From positions 14,632,001-14,696,000 of the forward strand of contig NC_043009.1 of the NCBI RefSeq assembly GCF_006345805.1: a stretch of 64,000 bases of DNA. Direction: 5' to 3'. This document shows, piece after piece, positions 13,161-26,084 of the stretch (within the stretch, counting starts at the first letter, position 1; each line of letters begins with the position of its first letter). Made by a program: the position numbers and the translations under genes. The notes below the pieces were generated by a model, which had not been told where the DNA came from, searched no databases, and saw only the letters and a program-made list of their open reading frames with translations. Source of the stretch: Octopus sinensis (taxonomy: Eukaryota).

Positions 13161-16100
13161 TTCTGGCCAAATTCCTTTCCTATGTAATTACTTTCTGGCC
13201 AATTTCCTTTCCTATATAATTAATTACAGCTCGGTTTTTCGCTTTGTTAACATTTTCAGCATAAACTTGAGGTCATTCCCCCAAAAATTAAAGGTTACAT
13301 CAAGATTTACGTAAGACCCTAGCTCTTGGAAGATATCTAGACAATCAAAATCCTAAATATGAAATGATGTTTCCTATAAGCTTGTACGGACACAGGGTAT
13401 AATAATTACAGCAGATATCAAACTAACTGATATGTATAATAATGTAAGTACAATATATCATTGCAATGAATTATAAATGAACAAAAACGGCCGAAGTATA
13501 ACAAATTGGTGAAACAGCAGACGGGATGATAATATTCATCAGATAGTTTAATAGAACTATGAGTTTTAAGATGTCACTTTAAGAAACCGAGAATGATAGC
13601 ACAGCGTGAGCCAAGTAAAATTCCTAACAACAAACCCACGGAATAAAGTTATTCGGATGGCGGCAGTTTATTCGCCAAAAACAGATAATGATAAAAACAA
13701 ACGTTTTATTTATGACATTTGTCTATTCATTAGAGAAACACGGGAGGTGGGATGGAGTTCTGTTCCCATGTCAGCTAAATATATTTCATTTTTAATACAC
13801 TGTATCTTCTCCACTTCTATGTTTCTTTCTCCGTTCTTCGCATTCCCCAGCTCTTTTATTCTTTCATTCTTCCTGTCTTTCTCTCTGCACACACTTGACT
13901 GACTGCGACTCACAATTTAATCTTTTTTCTCTTCTTTTCTTTCCTTTTTTCTCTTTCCCGCATTCCATGTCCACCTGCATTTATATGTAAATAACCGACT
14001 AACTTTCCCCTCTCAAAATTCTTGCCACTATCAATACATCCACCTATCTGGTAGTAGATAAGTGTTCACAAGCACTGCCCATTATCCATCAAAACTTTTT
14101 GATTGGTGTAGAATGTTTAATATCTTGAAATCTAAACAAGGAAATCCGTCGTAAACTAATGCAAAAATCGCCTGAAGAAGTATGTATGTCGAATCAATTG
14201 GCTCCCGTAGGGTCCATGGATATAATAAATCCAGTTTAATAATATCATTTAGATGTGGTTAAAAGGTCTTCTAAATATACATGTCATGCCGAAACATATG
14301 TAGAAAAGCATTAATAAAAATATAAAACCGTTACCCATAAAATATTTCGCAGGTGGTTTTCAGTTAGTCTTTCATAATACTTTCACATTTGATTCCGATT
14401 TCTAATAATGTTTTGATATTTTACGTCTAATTACTTCTTTGTATAATATTTCTCACTTGCTTAGTAAATATTGCTTTTATTATTTTATCACTGTCATAAT
14501 CTCTCTTTTTTCAAACAAACATCAAGGTAGCCCAACTACAGGAGTAGTGGCAGTTTGTTAAGTTTTACCTTCCCCTCAAAGCAACATGGAGATTTCAATT
14601 CAGCAGCCCATATGTAAGCTTTGCAGTATGAACAAACATTACCAAAGAGTCTCTTTGCATTATGTATCGTGTACAATAGACAGGGCAGCGTGTTCTTGAA
14701 AAATGTCGAATCTGGGCTTTCATTGCTAATACTTTAACAGAAATCTCCCTAGTTTGAAAATATCTTCGTCTGTACTCCTACTGTAAATAGCTGATTTCGT
14801 CTCTCAGCACCCTGTTTGTTGGGACTGGTGTTTCTGTTTGTATCGCATTGAAGTTTAGAAAGCTTCCCATTTGGTGCTGATTATAAATAGGCAGCTAAAC
14901 AGTCACAGACGGTGAATACTGACACAGTGTCTTATTTTGAAGTAGAATATTCTCCTCTCGAGATATTCTAACCAGTCGGTCATGTGGAGCGGAAACAGAA
15001 TCATATCTACGTCTACGTGCATATTCAGACATTTGTTTCAGTCGCTTTGCGCTGATCTCCTTTTATTTAGATGCCCGTCTTTGTCTCTCCCGTCTTGCTT
15101 CTGTTGCTAAATATTCTTTTTCAGTCGCATATTTTTTGGGGTGCCCCTTGTTGAATTGCAAGATTCTAAATTGATATTTGTGTAATAACGAAATCAAACC
15201 TGGAGTGTGTGCGTATGTATGTATATTACAGGGACAGTGTGTGTATGTGTGTGTGAGAGAGAGAAGAAGAGAGAGAGAGAAGAAGAGAGAGAGAGAGCGA
15301 GAGGAGAGAGATCATTGCAAACAATGAATGAAATAAACATGAAATGAAGAAATCGTAAAGATGAAATCTCGTACAGAATATTTAAATTTGTGAAATTGAA
15401 AAATTAACAAATAGAAGTTCAAAAAGTAAATTTTCCTGAAAATTTCAATTTCTAAAATATCTCGTGGAGTAAATATTTCTTTCAGTAATTTATCATGGTT
15501 GTAATATATCTCTAATTTAAACAAATTTCAAGATAACCCAACTACATTTAGCGTGCTAGAAATAGCAGCAGTCACATAGTTATTATTGTTAGGCTTATAG
15601 CTTTCCAACAGCCATACCCATAAAATCACTTCTGAATTCTTTAAAAAAAGTTATACCAGTATATTGAAAATTTTTCATTTTCATCAAAAATATTCATTTA
15701 ACAAATTCCAAAAATTAATATTATTTTTGAAATTTTGTCTCGTATAATACGCGTCAGAGTTATACAGCTATTTTGTCTAATAGCTTTCATCCATTCAATA
15801 ACTAATTTTTTACATTACGCGTATGTGGGTTTTGCAAATAGTGAATCAAAACTTGAAATGAAAACATTGAAATGAATCTATATTAAATTATCATTAATGA
15901 AAATAGAGGCAAGAGAGAGAAAGAGAGTGAGATTCTGTTGCAAATGAAAACGGAAAATTTCGCCTGCAACGAATTAATATAGTTTAATAAATGTCTATAT
16001 CATTAACATCTATATTTTTAAAATCCATATTATTAAAATCTGCAATGGATGCAACGAATATTTAAATTTGCGAGAAACTTATAGTTGAAATATTCAATAA

Positions 16101-16859
16101 ACTTCAGAAATGGAAATTATAGGAAATTTCTTGGAACATAAATTTATGAAAAAATTTACAGATTTAATATTTAATAATTGCTTTCTTCATGCCTAATTAA
16201 TAAGCAGCTTTCTCAATTATGATATAAATGTATGTATGTAAATATGCATGTATGTATGCATATGTGTATGTATATATGTATGTGTGCGCATGCATGTATG
16301 TATTTATGTATGTATGTATCAGTGCTTGTTGTAGATGAAATTTGTTTTGTAGTACGGTGTACGGAAAGTTCAGGAACATGGTCTATGTTGCTTGCAGACC
16401 CCATCTTGAGGATCTAACTATCATGTACATTAAACTAATTTGTTCCTGTTTATTTTCTCACCGTTTCGCACCATTAACACAGTTCAGTAGACTGGGTACA
16501 GAAGAGGAAAATAATTTCTTCGATTTAATAATTTCTGATATTTTTGAACATATTTGAATAGGACTTACCCAAATTCTTTCGCTTCTATTCTCAATTTCAA
16601 TACAGTTATTAAGCATTTCGCATGCATATACGATTTAGTCTCCGATGTCATTGTAAGATAATATGATGGAATTAATAATGGTAATATCAATACATCTACG
16701 TTTTCCATAAATACTAAGAATGAAAGCGCCAAAAATTTTCGTTTTTATCGCTTTGAGTAAGCGACAAAAACAATATAGAAGTTTTAAAGTAAAAATATTT
16801 CTGGTCATTATCTATAGTACTACACATACACACGCACACAAACACGCATATAAATATAG

Positions 16860-16908
<49 letters not shown>

Positions 16909-17689
16909 CAAATGGAATCATAATTCTTGTACATATACCTGCCTACATATTTATGTATGCACACACATAAACTGAACTGTACCTTCGAGAGTGAAACAGG
17001 AATAGAATTGAAAATATTGATTTGGGACGAAGAACACTCATGAATGTGGTTTTATTTAATAACTATTTTTCGTGTACAATGCCCCTGTTATCAGACGCTG
17101 TCGCTGGAACTAATGAATCGATTAGGAATATATAAGCGAGCATATATAGGTGGAAATATTAACGTATACATGCATATATAACGCATAAATACATACATAT
17201 ACACGTATGTATACATTCCTATAGTAAGATACACGATTTGTTATTGAAATTTTTCTGTTGTATTTTTAGTACAATGATTTATTTCTCTATTATTCACATC
17301 TTTTGCGACTTCAATCTCGTTCCTCTTTTAAATGCATTATTAAATTCCTATGCACTTGCACGAATATATATAACCATGTATTTGTCCACGCTCTTTTGTG
17401 AGCGTATGTGCGTCTGTGGATGTGTTTAAATGAATGAGCTTGTAACAGTAAGAATCTGAGTATATGCGCAGAGTTGCAAACTTGTTGTCGCTATATGTAC
17501 ATATTCATACACACACACACACACACAAAAATAGACACTTACATATATGAGCGTATATGTACACACACGCTGTATCATTATGTATGTGTATATAAGTGTA
17601 TTGACAGATTAATACAAATTTACACATAATTATATATATACACATACACACACGTATATATACATATATGTGTTATACAACGCTGGTCA

Positions 17690-18780
17690 TAATGCGCCCC
17701 ATCCCTTCTTGATTGTGGAATTATTTTCCATCTTGATCCAAATTGATTGACTTAAATATTCTCCCTATCTTTGTGGAGGCGTCCCAAGTTTCTTTTCTGT
17801 GGGCTATTGCGCTGGTGTCTGTAAATATTGCAATACATCGGGCCCAGCAGAACTTGTGTTTTTCGTGCTTTGCCGTCACATCGTTCACTCTGCACCGATC
17901 TCGAGTCATATCATTTCTAATATGCTCTGATAATGATATTTCTCGCAAAGATCTTCCCATGGCCCTTTGCCTCTTAACCATTTGATGTTCTGTACTCTTT
18001 GTAGAAGGCCACGTCTCACTTGCATTTAAGAGCGCAGGTACGACCGTGCTGTTGAAGAATCTGGCATGTATACTTTAGTCAAGTTTTGTACACGTCGATT
18101 CTTGAGTTCAATGCTTTTTCTCCTGCTCTTATTCTGTTTGAAATTTTAGCATCCTTACCTCGGTCCATCTTCACTGTGTGCCCTAAGTAGACGTACTCAT
18201 TTTCCTTTTCGATTTCATCGGTTCATTTTAAGACCTATCGCTAAGCCCTGAACCTCCAGCTCTGTCAGTATGACCTCCAGCCCATCTGTAACTTCAGCCA
18301 CTTGTACAATATCATATACGATTCGGAGGTGCATTAGTTGCCTACCATTTATGTTCACACCACCTGTCCAGAAAATGCACTTGATAACCATTTCCACACA
18401 TAAGCTAATGAACTTTGGAAAATAGTATCTCCTTTCTTGACACTGTTCTCAGTTAGAACCCTTACTGGTGGTGATAGTAGAAGCATATCTATTGTGCATC
18501 CAGAGTTCACATCTCCTAGTCTTTTCATGCACTGCGCCTCAACAGCTTGCATTTCCAGAAATTTGAACACCGGTTTCATATCGATGCTATCGATGTCCAT
18601 TTCGAAATCAATAAAAGCGATATATACAGAAGATTGATTTTGTTCTTTAGTCGTATGAGTCGTGGTAAAGTCAATATGTGATCTATCGTACCATATTTCT
18701 TATGGAAACCTGCTTATTCTGTCGGCTGTTTGTCGTCGAAGTATTTTCAAAGACTGGTGACCATGACCTTCGTAAATAAA
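17690..18780 (-). mobile_element. RTE-clade LINE, reverse transcriptase remnant
   Basis: AGFHKKYGTIDHI, YIAFIDFE, SVKKGDTI, GVNINGRQLMHLRIVYDIV…IGLKMN, YVYLG, QRAMGRSLREISLSEHIRN…KFCWARCIA. Confidence 0.88.
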
Positions 18781-20209
18781 TTATAAAGTTGAAACAAGAG
18801 GTCTATATACATATATATGTTTATGCAGATATATCGACGATATTATTTTTCTCAACAACAATTGTTTTGAATATTAGCTTGGGGAAAATATATCTGAATG
18901 ATATCCAAGCTAATAGAAATAGTGACTCTATGGGTGAAGCCAACCATTTAGATTTTAAGGTGGTTCGTGAAAAGATACAAGTCAAAAAGTTTGCAAAACT
19001 GATTCTTCTAATTTTTTTTTTATTGCAACCCTGACCTAGGCTGTCTTAAGGTATACAACCGTATGTTTTACACTAGATTTTTAGATGCGTAGAATTATGA
19101 ATTAGGTCGGGATGTTTTGGGATAGAATATATAAAATAAAAGCATTAAGGGGGAAAAAAAAACAAGGTTATATTAAGGAAGTTTTTAGAAATATTTTCAA
19201 TTGTTACTTGGTGAGATAATAGAAGCATGGGAAAAATATGGACTAACCTCTGGTTTTCTACTGGGTAAAGATTTTGAAACTGACTAGTTTTAATTAAAAG
19301 TGGAAGTTGCTACTCTGCATTTTGTGGATGAGTTGGCATGTATTATTTTGCATTGTAAATAAATTCAAATAAATTCACGTCCGTTAAAATGTTGCTATAG
19401 ATCTGGTTGTCGAATGCTATTCTTTTTTTTCTCTTTTGGTTTTCGACCGGAATAGAGTGAACACGAAAGGTTGTGTTTAACAGTTTGTGATATTTACTTT
19501 TTGTCAATGAGGAATATTTTAGATAAGATTTCTTTTGTTTTTGCCAATTTTAAAATATTGTTACGCCTAAGGTGACAATTTTAGTTGAAATACTTCCTAT
19601 AACTATATTTATTAAATTCTTCCCCAGACGTAAGCTTTTCATACCTCATTGTTAATGATGATCTTTTCCGATGGTTTACTTTTAGAATATTTTATTTATG
19701 TCAATGATTATGATTTGGACATTTTGTATTATCTATATTATTTTATATTTATATTATTTCTGTTCTTCTTTAATAAGGAATTCTTTCGGTTAGCTTATTT
19801 TCGATAATTAGATTTATATTTCATTCTGATCTTTGCTATGCTATTCCCTTATTTCATAGTTTGTGGTGAAAAGTTATATGTTTCCGCTAGTTTACATTCG
19901 GTACATTGAGGTACGTTTGCGTACTTGGATTGTGTTATAGAGTAGGAAGGAACAAGTCTGTGTTCGTTAGTTAAAATTATGTTTGATTTTCTAGGCTACT
20001 TATTTTTAGAATTCTTATTATTTTCAACTTTATGTATTACTGGTTCAGGAAATTTTGCTGGATGCGTTTAGTTCGCTAGTTTTATATTGTGTTATAATTT
20101 TTGAACTACCAATATTTTGAAAATATTTCTTCTGTATGACGGTACTATATTTTGCCCCATTGGACTTGGTACAATTATTTTTTTTATATGTGGTCTGTAT
20201 ATGTAATAT

Positions 20210-20516
20210 GGAGGCGCAGTGGACCAGTGGTTAGGGCAGCGAACTCGCGGTCGCAGGATCGCGGTTTCGATTCCCAAACCGGCGTTTTGAGTGTTTATTG
20301 AGCGAAAACACCTAAAGCTCCACGAGCCGCCGGTAGAGAGTGGTGGCGATCCCTGCTGTACTCTTTCGCCACAACTTTCTCTCACTCTTTCTTCTGTTGG
20401 CCTGCTCGCTTAGCCAGAGGGTGGCGTCATTTGAAGGCTAAAACAATGCGAGGCGCATTGTGACCAGCGATGTGTAGCAACTTCTGATGGCATGGTCGGT
20501 CACGGTGATCACAGTG
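20210..20516 (+). mobile_element. tRNA-derived SINE, family C, with 11-bp target-site duplication
   Basis: A box tggaccagtgg, B-box-like ggtttcgattcc. Perfect flanking direct repeat atatgtaatat at 20199-20209 and 20517-20527. Confidence 0.88.
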
Positions 20517-20959
20517 ATATGTAATATTAAGCAGATGTAGACGTAATTGACATGTTCTAGTGTTTGATCTCTACTACTAGTCTATTAATTACTAGACAGC
20601 ATTTATCTTATTAACTTTGTTGACATTGCCGGATGAAATGGTAAATACTAGATTTCAAAACTATAGTTATATCCCATAGGCTTCTGATAATTGAAATATA
20701 GGTTTGATATGTTTGTTTTCTGTGCTTCATTTTACATTTTAGGGTCTCATTGCTCTGAGTTGATCTTCGTTACACGGATCATAGATTATGTTGTTTGCAT
20801 TATCACATACATAGCTAATGCACGAGTGTCTTCATTTGCAATCTTATGCTGTTACAATACTTACTTAAAAGTTTCTAGTTTTGATATTTTCTGTGGAATA
20901 TATGTGTGCATGTATGTGTGTATTTACATATACATATCTATCAATGTGCCTGTCTGTCC

Positions 20960-20994
20960 ATCTATCTATCCATCCATCCATCCATCTATCTATC

Positions 20995-21072
<78 letters not shown>

Positions 21073-21075
21073 GCT
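20960..21075. repeat. (TCCA)n/(TCTA)n tetranucleotide repeat
   Basis: Directly visible. Confidence 0.95.
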
Positions 21076-21625
21076 ATCTATTCATCTGTCTAGCCATATA
21101 CATATACATAAATATACATATATATGAGTGTGTGTGTACTTGTGTGTTTGTGCACATGTCATCATGTATTTCCAACTTGTGTGCTCAAATTATTAAGAGC
21201 GGATGGGTAACAGCTTTGATGAAATGGAAGCGAGTCTATGAGTCGAAGACAACTAAGATAACAACAACGAGAACAAGAAGATTATAGAAGATGGAAAGTC
21301 CTACAACATCCTGTATGATTGAACAAAAGTGATGCAATTGGAATACTTTAGGGGAGTAAAGTATGTACTACGAGTCTTTTGAAAACAAACAATTAGAAAA
21401 CATCTGAAAAATAAAGTTTATAAGCAATGGGCTTAAGTATAAGCACAGGGATTTGCAGAAATATTTACTAATCTATGACAAAAGTTGGGGATAGATGATG
21501 GGAGAAATGGAGATGAGAACGTGCAAAGATGGGTAGCAAACCAGATTTAAGTACATTTGTCCTCTGACCTGTTTCATTTTCAACAATCATATATATATAT
21601 ATAATGTTGCTGCTGCAGCTGCAAA

Positions 21626-21661
<36 letters not shown>

Positions 21662-22540
21662 ACACATCCATTCATCCATCCATCCATACGTACATGCACA
21701 TAGTCACAAACACATACATATACACACACAAATATTTATATGTGTACGTGCTTGTGTGGGCTCACCGTTAGTTTAGATCAAGACAGTTGTAACGAGCAAT
21801 TCTACAAACAACGGAAGAAAATATTTGTATACATTGTGGAATTCCCTACATAAAAAAGACATATATTTGAAAATGCAGATGCTGCAACATAGTGTTACAG
21901 TAGCATACAAGTCACACCGCAATGGTAAATCTGATTACGATAAACTCAGTCTGTCAAAATGTGGCCTGATACTCTGGAAAAGTTTAAAACGACCAGCAGA
22001 ATAATAAAAAAAATGCCGAAACACTCAAACCCCCGCAAATAAGATCAAGACGACCGGAAACGTTGATAAAGATGTATTTGGGAAAGTTGTTGCACCAACG
22101 AAGTATAAGTTGTATATACTCAGAGGCGTTAATGAAGATAAATTAATTAATTTTCCATTGTCAAATAACATGATATAAACAGAAGCTGTTCAAGATATAC
22201 ATATAGACACATGTATATACATACATTCATACACATACATACATACATACAACAGAAATGTCACACTGCCAGGTAGATTTCGAACACCAATATTCAATGG
22301 AATTTACAGAAGCAACACCTGACACACAGGCACCAGTAGGCAGATCACTACCAGGTCACACAAATGCGTGCACACACTCGCTCACATGCACACCAACTCT
22401 ATCTGTCTGTCTCTATCTCTCTTTCTCTGAGTGTGTCACTCTCACTCTACACAGAGTAACCCAAACGCTCACACACACATAAACACACATATATACATAC
22501 ACACGTGTATATATATATGCATATACATGTTTGTAGATAT

Positions 22541-22587
<47 letters not shown>

Positions 22588-22639
22588 GATTTCTGTTCAA
22601 TCTGCGTTCAGCTCCATTTCTTCAATTCACCAATAATGT

Positions 22640-22670
<31 letters not shown>

Positions 22671-22790
22671 TACGGAGATGTACTCGCATAGCAAGTAATT
22701 TGATCTGAGATCGTGTGCTGAAACGAAAACAATTGCAGCGTGGAAGGTGTTTATAAGCCATTTAAGAAACACACAAAACCGTTCGTTTAA

Positions 22791-22840
22791 TTTGTCAAAA
22801 TATTTTCGTCGCTAAAATCCGCGACCTGTTCACTGACAAA
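22791..22840 (-). ncRNA. Candidate type I hammerhead ribozyme, G3:C8 core variant
   Basis: Minus strand UUUGUCA-GUGAACA-G-GUCGC-ggauuuua-GCGAC-GAAA-AUAUUU-UGACAAA: 7-bp stem I, 5-bp stem II, GAAA, palindromic AAUAUU stem III. Confidence 0.55.
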
Positions 22841-23708
22841 GTCAGTGTATATATATTTATATATATTTGAAAGTGATACACAGATATTATATATTAGAAA
22901 AAGTAGGGTATTCAGAGATCTGGATGGTTGTCCATATACAAATATTTATTAACATGTCATATGTTTTTACAAATCACATATCTTCATCTACTCTAATAGA
23001 TTCTTCAGATTTAAGTTGTGGGAAGGAATTTGTCTCTTTGTATAGTATTAGTGAATGGGTTGGGGTGGAGAGAGAGAGAGGGTGGGGAAGAAGAGTAATG
23101 TATAGTATAAAGGGTAAGAAAACTGTGAGAGGAATGGAGGGAAACAGTGAGAGAGGGTGTGTGTGTGTGTGTTTGTGTGTGTGCATGTGTATCTGAAAGG
23201 AAGTGTTTTGAAAAACAGATAAAGAAAAGTAATATATATTTTTAAGTAGGTGCCGAGAACAAGACGCTTAATTTGGTTCAGGCAGCACACCAGGGGGTCT
23301 GAAAGGAAAATGTTTTCAAATTGAAAAAAAATTGTTTTTTTGTAATGTCCATGGAAAAGAGAATGAAAGGAAGAAGACAAAATGTGTTTATATCTATACA
23401 GTTGGTCAGTTTCTTTCAAAAGAAGATAAGTTGATTCTTGGTCTATGAAAATGGCAAGACTAGGTGGTTAAACTAAGGGGTATCTGTTTTGTTGAGGAAT
23501 AATAAACGTTTTTTTCAAAAAATTGTTTTGACTTATCAGCATCATCATCATCATCATTGTTCAATGTTTGATTCCCATACCAATATGGGTTGGAATATCT
23601 GGATGCAAGAATGTCTCTATTTATGTATGTACATACGCGCACACACATATGCATATATCTTAGGGTTCCAGATGGGTTTATAAGGAAGTTTATGTGATTT
23701 TCATATTT

Positions 23709-23900
23709 TCAGCCATTCAGTTTGGGGGAGCAGTTTGCTATGAAGTGTTGTTCCATATTTTTTCTGAAGAGGGAGTCATTCCTTGGACATTTATACAAGG
23801 GAAAGATCTTGGATCTTCCTTCACCACATGTTTCTAAGTGTTTATTTAGTGGAATATTTTTAGCTCCTCTGCTCTGGGTGTGATTCTGTCTCATTTATTT
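23709..23900 (-). mobile_element. Penelope-like element, C-terminal end of GIY-YIG endonuclease
   Basis: PLNKHLETCGEGRSKIFPLYKC…FRKNMEQHFIANCSPKLN* resembles the Penelope terminal H…C…FKIFPFYK…E..FI…PKLN motif. Confidence 0.65.
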
Positions 23901-26084
23901 TGATGTTGCATATTTTACAGATTTGTGTTAGATCTTCTGCATCTTTGGTATGAGTCTGTTGTGGGTCTAATTCTGTTCCATTCATTTCGATGTTGCATAT
24001 TTCTGTGACGAGGTTTTATGTGGTGAGGCTGGGGAGTTGAAGTGTTTCTTTAACACACGTTTGGAAACCGGAAGAAATGAGAAGAAGAGAGGTACCTGTT
24101 AAGTTGCTCTTGGTGGTCTGGGTAACCAGGTAGCATGGGGTTCTTTGATTGTGACTGGGTGAACCTCTCCACTTTGGAGAATTTTATTGTTGAATTTTTA
24201 AGTGTTTTTGTTTCGTTCTTTTTTATACACGGATTTTTGTGCTAAGTTTCACTTGTCCCTCTTTGTTTTGTCTTCGGCCCTTGAGGCCCATAAAGGAAAG
24301 ATGATTACTATTATGATTATCATTACTATTATTATGCATATGTTGCTTTTATTTTTATTATTTAAAAAAATTATGGTTGTTTTTAATTTATGATTGTTTG
24401 CTCCTTGAATAAACAGCGACAAATACTTATTCTTTTCACGATAAAGGCGGAACGGCATAATGTTATCCTGGTCAGGTGCCACTCTGACATATCAAACCAC
24501 AGATTATGCGTACTCGTCAGTCAGAACTAACTTAATTGGAACGTGAATAGAAACTGTATGGTACGGAAATAATTGTAGAGAATATTTGCTTCCTTCTTTC
24601 TCTGCCTTCTTACTTGTACATACATATGTATGTGCATGTAATTGCGTGTGTGTGTGTGTATGTGTACATGTGAATATATGTTTTGTATGTAGTGTGTATA
24701 TGTAACTATGTTTGTGTATCCAAGGATTTCCTATAACTTCATAACCTTAAACCAAAATTATAGTGGTGGTGGCTGTTCTGTTCATCCATACTGTATAAGT
24801 TGAATACACAAATGGAAGCTGTAAAAATATAGATACTCTTCGAAATGTATTCAATAATTTTATAATATAATTGAAAATTAATTCCGAGATGAGAAACAGA
24901 AAGTAATGAATACATACATATATACATACACAAACATATATACATTTTAAGAATAATTCAAACTTTCAACAGAATGTGACAAATGCAAAGTTGAATGGTT
25001 GTTGCAGACACTAATGATTATCAATTTGCAATATGTAACATTATAACATTTGCTCATAATAGCTTTCTTAATGGGTGATTTTTTCCTCATAGAAATTTGA
25101 CAAACTTTGAGCATTGTATTATATAAGAAAGTGTATTAATATTTTAGTATTATATTTCTAAACGTAAATATGCCGGAGACAATATGTGTTGTTTTTATAG
25201 AATATTTTCCTCATTAGACTTATTGTTTCAAACTTTATCACTAATGTTAAAATTTATGGTTATGGACATAAATTAGTATCAGCATCTGATGTTCAAAATT
25301 TCGTGAATAATTTTACATTTCTCTCTCGAGTTCTTCGTTAAAGGAAACCTTGTTATAGGTTTTGAATCTGTGCTCTCAATCGATTATATCAAAGTCACAC
25401 TAAAGTGAACACAAATTTATACGGCGTTTTGGACGAAGTTTACGTTCGTCATCTAAAATTCATTCCTTCTAACTACAAAGTTACATATTTCAAGAGTGAT
25501 GAAGCTACTTGCTTTTATAGATATAATTGACTGTATTATTTAAAATACTTGCTTCGTTATTGCGATAATTTTGAGATTTTCGTCAAAGAGGCCGTCATTA
25601 AGAATTCATAATACAATGAAAATGATATACCAGCTATACAATTCCATGGAAAAATAATAGTCGTACATTTGTATATACGGAAGCAATATATATAAGTAAA
25701 TGTTTTACCTATTCACAAGTTTGTTATTCATAACATTCTGTCCAAAACTGAAAACTAAATATGAAATAGAAATTGGTTTCTTCAATGCGTATAAGAATAA
25801 TCAAAATAAAACAGTTAACCATGGCGTGACCATATGACTGTCTATGGAAAAATCTTATATATTTTTTCCTAAAAATTTAAACAAATACAATAATTTTCCA
25901 AATCACGGAAATCGGAAGTCATTGTAGTGTCTCACATTATTATTGCCAATTATAATTACCATGTCAGATAGTAAATTAAGCTATATGGAAGAGAAGGATA
26001 AAGATTTTATCAACAAAATCACAGTCTGCTCCTCTCCACTTTTTATCAGTTTTATTTTGTACAGCCCCAAAACTCTCTATATCT

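Noticed and set aside
13160-13223. Two tandem 32-bp direct repeats
   Set aside because: Only two adjacent units with no spacers, so not CRISPR-like; a local duplication at the LINE truncation point.
14170-14210. ctgaaga…gaatcaattg hammerhead-like string
   Set aside because: GAAU instead of GAAA, and no stem I or stem II.
19000-20190. Possible highly decayed Penelope RT (PSPMGQNIVPSY resembling AMG...APSY)
   Set aside because: A single weak motif; I could not find collinear downstream motifs in any frame.
20210-20290. tRNA-like sequences here and at 671, 49967, 56330 and 63854
   Set aside because: A and B boxes are present but there is no complete cloverleaf, and each continues into a repeated SINE body, so they are SINE heads rather than tRNA genes.
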